Shown: in pieces, positions 59,056 to 64,000 of the stretch
Numbering within the stretch: position 1 is the first letter of the stretch
How the letters are laid out: each line of letters starts with the position of its first letter
Virus record (IMG/VR): IMGVR_UViG_3300044638_004964
Coordinates: 41,962-105,961 of that record
From: a virus
Strand: one strand, 5' to 3'
Length of the DNA stretch: 64,000 nt
Position numbers and translations under genes: made by a program
The notes under the pieces: generated by a model
Databases searched by the model: none
What the model was told of the DNA's origin: nothing
The model's input: the letters and a program-made list of their open reading frames with translations, nothing else

Positions 59056-59985
59056 TTAACCAATCACTGTTGGTGGTACACCGCTTGAATTTCCAACATT
59101 AAAACCAAACACTACCAAGTTATTTACTTCTGCGTCGAAGAAAACTCCTGCTTTATCTTTTACGTGAAATGATACTGACCTTAATGCACTAGCATCATCA
59201 CCGGTCCTGTAAAATGTTCCAACATCATTATTATCGAAATCGTCACCGTTATCTGCACTTGATCTTGCGTTACTTGACCCGTGAGCGACATAATTATTAT
59301 CAAGCAATACGCCAGATGTAAAATAAATTTTAAACTTTCCAGTGGCTACTTTTTCTAATGTGTGAATATTATATGATGACTTAACTACGGGAGGACTAAC
59401 ACTAGAATCAAAATTAATCCAAGCCTTGGCCACGCCATTGGCAGTATTAAAAGTTGAGCCATCTTTGTCAAATGTAAATTTGCTACCACTTCCAACAATG
59501 ATATTTTCAATTGTTGGTGCGACATATTGAAATTTAAGTCCACGGTCATTGCTAGAACTTACTTGCGAATTACCGCTAGAGTTCACCCAAGCTGAACCTG
59601 TACCAAGATTATTTGACATAACCCTAGCACCAGTTAGTGGCATATATTGAGTGTGGGGATCACCGGCTGTTAATCCAGTCAATGTATTATGAACAATACC
59701 ACCGGCACCGGGATATGGAACATATTGTGTACCTCCACCGTTTGGAAAATTAATTCCAGATTCAGCAATGAACATACCACCAGCGCTTTGTACAATTTTA
59801 GCTCTTACATTAGCAGAAAACGGATTTGTAGCATTAAAATCGCCGCTTGCGACAATTTGATTAATAGAATCAACGATATCCTCTAAGTTATGCCTAACGT
59901 CATAAGCGGATATAAGTCCCGCATTATTGTCGGCAAGTTCACTTCCAATAGTATTTAATAGATCTTGTTTTGATTTGATTGACAT
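59056..59985 (-). CDS. Short fibre / decoration protein
   Basis: LADNNAGLISAYDVR, HNTLTGL..DPHTQY, AKAWINFD..SSYNI..TGKFKIYF fibre-type C-terminal domain. Confidence 0.6.
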   Translation of the reverse strand: MSIKSKQDLLNTIGSELADNNAGLISAYDVRHNLEDIVDSINQIVASGDFNATNPFSANVRAKIVQSAGGMFIAESGINFPNGGGTQYVPYPGAGGIVHNTLTGLTAGDPHTQYMPLTGARVMSNNLGTGSAWVNSSGNSQVSSSNDRGLKFQYVAPTIENIIVGSGSKFTFDKDGSTFNTANGVAKAWINFDSSVSPPVVKSSYNIHTLEKVATGKFKIYFTSGVLLDNNYVAHGSSNARSSADNGDDFDNNDVGTFYRTGDDASALRSVSFHVKDKAGVFFDAEVNNLVVFGFNVGNSSGVPPTVIG

Positions 59986-59996
59986 GAAATCCTCCG

Positions 59997-60518
59997 TTAA
60001 TATCTAAAATAGCCGCCTCTAAAGTCATAATCGTTGTGGGTACGCGCAACGAAATCACTACCGGTGCTATATGGACCGAGAATAGCTTTACCGGCTATAC
60101 TTCCACCAGCGCGATAGTCAAGTAATAGTTTAGCATACTTATCATTTAAATCTTTGTATAAGACAGATAGTGTTCCAGCTACGCCTCTTAGATCAATAGC
60201 TGATGGGCCGTCTTTGATAGAAATAGCATTTGAAGCTTCTGATCTAACTTCTCCGCCAATTATTATCATAGCTGATTTAAGAGAAACTAAATTTATGAAA
60301 GCGTTATCAAATGTTGCTTGATCTGTTGGGTCTGGACTTAGGTGGCATTGCTCTATATTAATAGAGTATACGTTGTTTAAGTCTACCTCTAAAGTTACTA
60401 TCTGCGCACTAACTAATATTGTTGTTTCTATTCTTCTATCATTATATCTATAGCTGTCAGGATCTACGTCATTGACGAGATACCTAACCATCGTTGATAG
60501 TTGACCTTGCCAAGACAT
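59997..60518 (-). CDS. Head-tail adaptor-like protein
   Basis: VRYLVND..Y.YND helical N-terminus; size and position. Confidence 0.55.
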   Translation of the reverse strand: MSWQGQLSTMVRYLVNDVDPDSYRYNDRRIETTILVSAQIVTLEVDLNNVYSINIEQCHLSPDPTDQATFDNAFINLVSLKSAMIIIGGEVRSEASNAISIKDGPSAIDLRGVAGTLSVLYKDLNDKYAKLLLDYRAGGSIAGKAILGPYSTGSDFVARTHNDYDFRGGYFRY

Positions 60519-60527
60519 ATTGTATCC

Positions 60528-60833
60528 TTATAAGTTGCAGTGTACGGTAAAGTTATAGATATCAGTATAAAAAGTTCCGCTAGCTAAAGCTACTTGTCCC
60601 TGCAATTTGTAAAGACCAGCTTGGTCTAAATCCCCAGCAACAGTGTCGTAATAAATTTTCCCATCAGTCCCATTGGTATAAATATTAGCACTTCTACTTA
60701 TTAGCGAATCGTCTGGTTTTTTGAAAGTGAAGTTTAGGTATGGAGCGCCGGAAACGTTTACGATATCGCCATTATCTTTAATTGTCGCTAAAAAGCGCGT
60801 TCCAATATCATTAAGATGAATTTCACTAGCCAT
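60528..60833 (-). CDS. BppU-N-like Ig-fold virion protein
   Basis: NDIG..FKKPD..DGKIYY..GDLDQAGLYKLQ. Confidence 0.6.
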   Translation of the reverse strand: MASEIHLNDIGTRFLATIKDNGDIVNVSGAPYLNFTFKKPDDSLISRSANIYTNGTDGKIYYDTVAGDLDQAGLYKLQGQVALASGTFYTDIYNFTVHCNL

Positions 60834-60844
60834 GTTTTTACCTA

Positions 60845-61018
60845 TTAAATTAGGATAATATTACTATTTTGGTCTATATTTAGCGTTATGTTGAGTACGC
60901 GAGAAACTCCCAATTTTAAAACCGGCTGGCTATCTATGTTCAAAATTATATTATATATCTCATCATTAAAATATATGGTATTTGACGTAGAAAATGGTAA
61001 AAAACTAAATTCAAACAT
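60845..61018 (-). CDS. Small 57-aa protein absent from the ORF track
   Basis: MFEFSFLPFSTSNTIYFNDEIYNIILNIDSQPVLKLGVSRVLNITLNIDQNSNIILI*; fills the gap; AGGG and a promoter-like motif upstream. Confidence 0.7.
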   Translation of the reverse strand: MFEFSFLPFSTSNTIYFNDEIYNIILNIDSQPVLKLGVSRVLNITLNIDQNSNIILI

Positions 61019-61032
61019 ATTTACCCTATATT

Positions 61033-61050
61033 CTCTAATTAGTTATACAC
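61033..61050 (-). promoter_or_regulatory. Putative late promoter GTGTATAACTAATTAGAG
   Basis: Intergenic; near-identical to 55107-55124. Confidence 0.65.
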
Positions 61051-61055
61051 TATAA

Positions 61056-61373
61056 TTATAGTGCCGATGCTTCTACCCATAGGCAAGTATTTTCGTCTAA
61101 AATGTATCCTTCGCCGGGATAAGGTGGAACAAAAGCGCCTTCTGGACTATTGACATCTTCACGAAAAATGTAACCTACGCCAGCATAATTTTTCCTATAT
61201 GGTGTTCCTCCGTTGATATGTATTCCCTTAATAGTATTGAAGGATGTGCGTTTGCAAACTTTATTTTGTATGTTAGAATAGTAAATCTCCCAATCAATAT
61301 CTAAAGATTCATTATTTCCAACAATAACTTCGGTCACAACATTATTTTCATCTAAAAAAGCGTAGTGTGCCAT
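61056..61373 (-). CDS. Conserved small phage protein, partner of glycine-rich fibre genes
   Basis: MAHYAFLDENNVVTEVIV..TSFN..RKNYAGVGY..PPYP..W. Confidence 0.7.
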   Translation of the reverse strand: MAHYAFLDENNVVTEVIVGNNESLDIDWEIYYSNIQNKVCKRTSFNTIKGIHINGGTPYRKNYAGVGYIFREDVNSPEGAFVPPYPGEGYILDENTCLWVEASAL

Positions 61374-61375
61374 AA

Positions 61376-62254
61376 TTAATAAAAACTCACTGTGTCTATT
61401 CCGGCTGTAATAGTTACTATTCTACTACTTCCAGAAATTGTTGATGAATATGTCAAACCAGCCCCAATATTGATATTTAAAGCTGAGTTAAATTTTAGTA
61501 TTACTACGCCAGAGCCACCATGACCACTACCTTCAGTAGTAAAGCAGCCGCCACCGCCCCCACCGGTATTTGCAGAACCAGCTACCGCTGGTGATCCAGA
61601 AGCTCCACCTCTACCTCCACCTCCATCAGATGGATTTACAGCAGCGCCAGAGCCGCTACGACCAGAGCCACCACCGCCATATCTTGATCCAGTAATAATT
61701 GATAGCTTGCCCAAACCCCCTATACCTCCAGCATTGCCACCAACGCTTTGTCCAGCAGCAGCCATACCACCGCCACCTCCACCACCGGCAGTTCCGAATG
61801 ATGCACATGTGCCACCAGCAAAACCGGGACCAACTGTTACTGGTGGAGTTAGAGTCCCAGCACCAACACCGTTACCACCACCACAAGCTCCGGGATATGC
61901 CTGTCTGGTCTGACCAGCAATAGTTCCATTAGATGAACTGTTGCCGCCGCTACCTCCACCGGAACTAATGATATTGCCAAATATTGTTCTATTTCCAACT
62001 GTAGACCTAGCAGTGTCAACTGACGAACATGCTCCACCAGCACCGATGGAAACCGAATATGAATTGCCAGCCACATGAACTATATCTATTTCCATCACAC
62101 CTCCACCGCCACCTCCACCACCACCAGAGCTTGTTGCTCCACCACCACCACCGGCGCCGCCACCGCCAACAATCAAAACCGTAATAGTTTTGTTGATCAA
62201 ATTTCTAACATTTGACTTACTAGATAAAGATTGGGTTTGGGATTTTATACTCAT
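61376..62254 (-). CDS. Glycine-rich fibre / receptor-binding-type protein
   Basis: LIVGGGGAGG..GGGGGG..ANTGGGGGG..GGSGVVIL. Confidence 0.75.
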   Translation of the reverse strand: MSIKSQTQSLSSKSNVRNLINKTITVLIVGGGGAGGGGGATSSGGGGGGGGGVMEIDIVHVAGNSYSVSIGAGGACSSVDTARSTVGNRTIFGNIISSGGGSGGNSSSNGTIAGQTRQAYPGACGGGNGVGAGTLTPPVTVGPGFAGGTCASFGTAGGGGGGGMAAAGQSVGGNAGGIGGLGKLSIITGSRYGGGGSGRSGSGAAVNPSDGGGGRGGASGSPAVAGSANTGGGGGGCFTTEGSGHGGSGVVILKFNSALNINIGAGLTYSSTISGSSRIVTITAGIDTVSFY

Positions 62255-62580
62255 GTTATTTCGACACCAAATAAATTAAAGGCTACGACTCCAGAATTAG
62301 CATAAATAGAAACAACGTCTGTTTGATTTAAAGATATGCCTAGAGTTAATAGTACAGAATCATTAGCAGCTATTGGTGAATCATAGCAAAGATAATTTTT
62401 GCTAGTTACAGCTTCTCCCGTTGGACATATAGCAACCCTAAAAGATGTGGAACTACTGGCTGTATTACATATAGATAGAGTTGAGCAAATCGTTTGAGTT
62501 GCAGATGGAACTGTATATAGTGTGCCAGAAGTTGCTGTTGCTGGATATAATTGTCCTAATACTTTATGAGTTTGTGGCAT
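62251..62580 (-). CDS. Small beta-sandwich virion protein
   Basis: KVLGQ..LYTVP..STLSICN..LFGVEIT; ATG at 62580 with GGAGG SD. Confidence 0.65.
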   Translation of the reverse strand: MPQTHKVLGQLYPATATSGTLYTVPSATQTICSTLSICNTASSSTSFRVAICPTGEAVTSKNYLCYDSPIAANDSVLLTLGISLNQTDVVSIYANSGVVAFNLFGVEIT

Positions 62581-62581
62581 A

Positions 62582-64000
62582 TTAACCTCCAAATAATAAA
62601 AATGGGTGTATTGGCGTGAATGATAAACGTGCGTCGTTTAAGGTGCCACTAGTTAAATCGCTAGCAGAAGAGCTACCACCGCCGCCAGATATGCCACTTA
62701 CGCTAATTGTGTAGTTACCAGACGTAGAAACTATTTCTATATTTGTTCCAGCGGTTAAATTTTTAACTGGTAATAGTCCACTAACACTAGAATCGAAATT
62801 CGTAATATCAGAAGATGCATGAGAGTGTGAGCTAGAAGCATAATTACCAGATGGTTGCAAGCCAGTAACGGATATGGTATAATTACCAGTTGTTGGTACG
62901 ATATCTATATAAGAACTTGCTGTTATATTTTTTACAGGGAGTAAACCGCTAACAGAACTATTAAAATCAGAGATATAAGAAGAAACAAGGTCTGAATTTT
63001 TCCATAAACTAGAGGAACTATCATATTTAATAATCTGATTGTTGACTACTCCACTAATAGCCACATTATGTAATTCTTCTAACTCAAAGCCATTTTGAAC
63101 TTTAACAAATACTTTTCCATCATTGAGTTGTTTTCTTATAACATATCCAATAAATACCATGTGATACGGTGCGGAAGGCTTATTAGTGGTTCCATAAACA
63201 ATGCCGCCGGATATTGTTGGAGATAACCACATTGTATCACCGGCTTGATTTGCATTACTAGTATTCAAGCCTTCTAAAATACCTTCGCAAACAACATATC
63301 CAAATTCATTTATGCCAAGATCTTGTCTTAATAAACCGAGAGTTTTACTAGATCCGCCCTCGGAAGAGGCTATAGCTAAAGTAATAGTTGGATGATCACC
63401 CTGTGCGCCATTAACATAAACAGCTTGTCCCTTGCTTAATGCAGATCCAGTTGTATTTTTAACATAAGCTGATAATTCCGTAGCATAATTATTTATCCAA
63501 GACAGAGAATGCGAGGTGTTATCAACTTTACTAAGTATTTGATTGGCCGTTCCTCCGCTGGGAAGAAGAGCAAAAGCATTATTTGTAAAATATGGATGAC
63601 CACTAATATTATATATGGTATTTGATACGTCGCTTGGGGCAGAAATTCCAGAATTAATTGTTAAACTATTTATACTTCCACTTGGGATAGTTACGTATCC
63701 GGTGAATGTAGGGCTTGCTATTGGAGCATATATGCCATTAATTAATCCGCTAACTGAAGTATTAAAATCTGTAATATTAGAACTAGTATGAGTGTGGGAA
63801 CTTGCTGCATAGTTACCACTTGGTTGTTTTCCATCTAATGCCAATTGTAATCCGCTGACATCAGATATTATATGCGAATGACTTGAGCTAGCATAATTAC
63901 CAGAAGGTTGCTTGCTATCCAAGGAAGTCTGCAACCCGCTTACATCTGCTATCAAGTGGGTGTGACTCAAGTTAGCGTAGCTACCAGAAGGTTGCTTGCT
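62582..64000 (-). CDS. Tail fibre protein with HxH repeats, 5' end beyond the window
   Basis: Frame is open to 64000 (SKQPSGSYANL precedes the TTG at 63970); SHxH..DVSGLQ..LD.KQPSGNYA repeats; GGTANQILSK, ELEELHNV. Confidence 0.8.
   Translation of the reverse strand, partial: SKQPSGSYANLSHTHLIADVSGLQTSLDSKQPSGNYASSSHSHIISDVSGLQLALDGKQPSGNYAASSHTHTSSNITDFNTSVSGLINGIYAPIASPTFTGYVTIPSGSINSLTINSGISAPSDVSNTIYNISGHPYFTNNAFALLPSGGTANQILSKVDNTSHSLSWINNYATELSAYVKNTTGSALSKGQAVYVNGAQGDHPTITLAIASSEGGSSKTLGLLRQDLGINEFGYVVCEGILEGLNTSNANQAGDTMWLSPTISGGIVYGTTNKPSAPYHMVFIGYVIRKQLNDGKVFVKVQNGFELEELHNVAISGVVNNQIIKYDSSSSLWKNSDLVSSYISDFNSSVSGLLPVKNITASSYIDIVPTTGNYTISVTGLQPSGNYASSSHSHASSDITNFDSSVSGLLPVKNLTAGTNIEIVSTSGNYTISVSGISGGGGSSSASDLTSGTLNDARLSFTPIHPFLLFGG
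63790..64000. repeat. 84-bp (28-aa) coding repeat in the fibre gene
   Basis: KQPSG(N/S)YA..SH(T/S)H unit occurs three times here and once more near 62820-62860. Confidence 0.8.

Noticed and set aside
63968-63970. TTG at 63970 as the true start of the last fibre gene
   Set aside because: The frame and the repeat continue to the window edge, so the gene begins outside the window.
1-64000. Stop-codon reassignment
   Set aside because: Genes are long and tightly packed under code 11, and TAA, TAG and TGA all end genes.
57960-64000. Fibre repeats as a CRISPR array or DGR template/variable pair
   Set aside because: The repeats are in-frame coding units without spacers or adenine-specific variation, and no reverse transcriptase is in the window.

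Overview
A 64-kb, AT-rich, almost fully coding segment of a large tailed dsDNA bacteriophage, probably with a long non-contractile tail (no sheath gene seen). Two arms converge on a bidirectional terminator at about 22.5 kb. The + arm (1-22.5 kb) encodes DnaB helicase, DnaG primase, a dNMP kinase, a Cas4-like nuclease, a DnaE (Pol III alpha) split into two intein-free genes with three nuclease genes between them, SSB, and a 9-kb block of glycosyltransferase and sugar-enzyme-like genes. The - arm (22.6-64 kb) is virion morphogenesis: fibre proteins, head-tail joining proteins, tail tube, two paralogous chaperone-like genes, a 2185-aa tape measure protein, a 3773-aa adhesin-like protein and tail-tip proteins. 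Main observations: (1) the tape measure protein carries apparent enzyme cassettes (a permuted HAD-like domain and a restriction-endonuclease-like domain) between repeated double-glycine motifs; (2) some external virion proteins are strongly Ser-Gly enriched in a genome with many glycosyltransferases, a candidate virion glycosylation system; (3) the split DnaE has a degenerate PHP domain and a nested proofreading-type exonuclease; (4) a start-stop uORF plus terminator hairpin lies after the tail tube gene; (5) CCWGG appears to be avoided; (6) a GTGTATA late-promoter-like motif recurs. All calls are by-eye motif recognition; no searches were run, and counts are hand counts.
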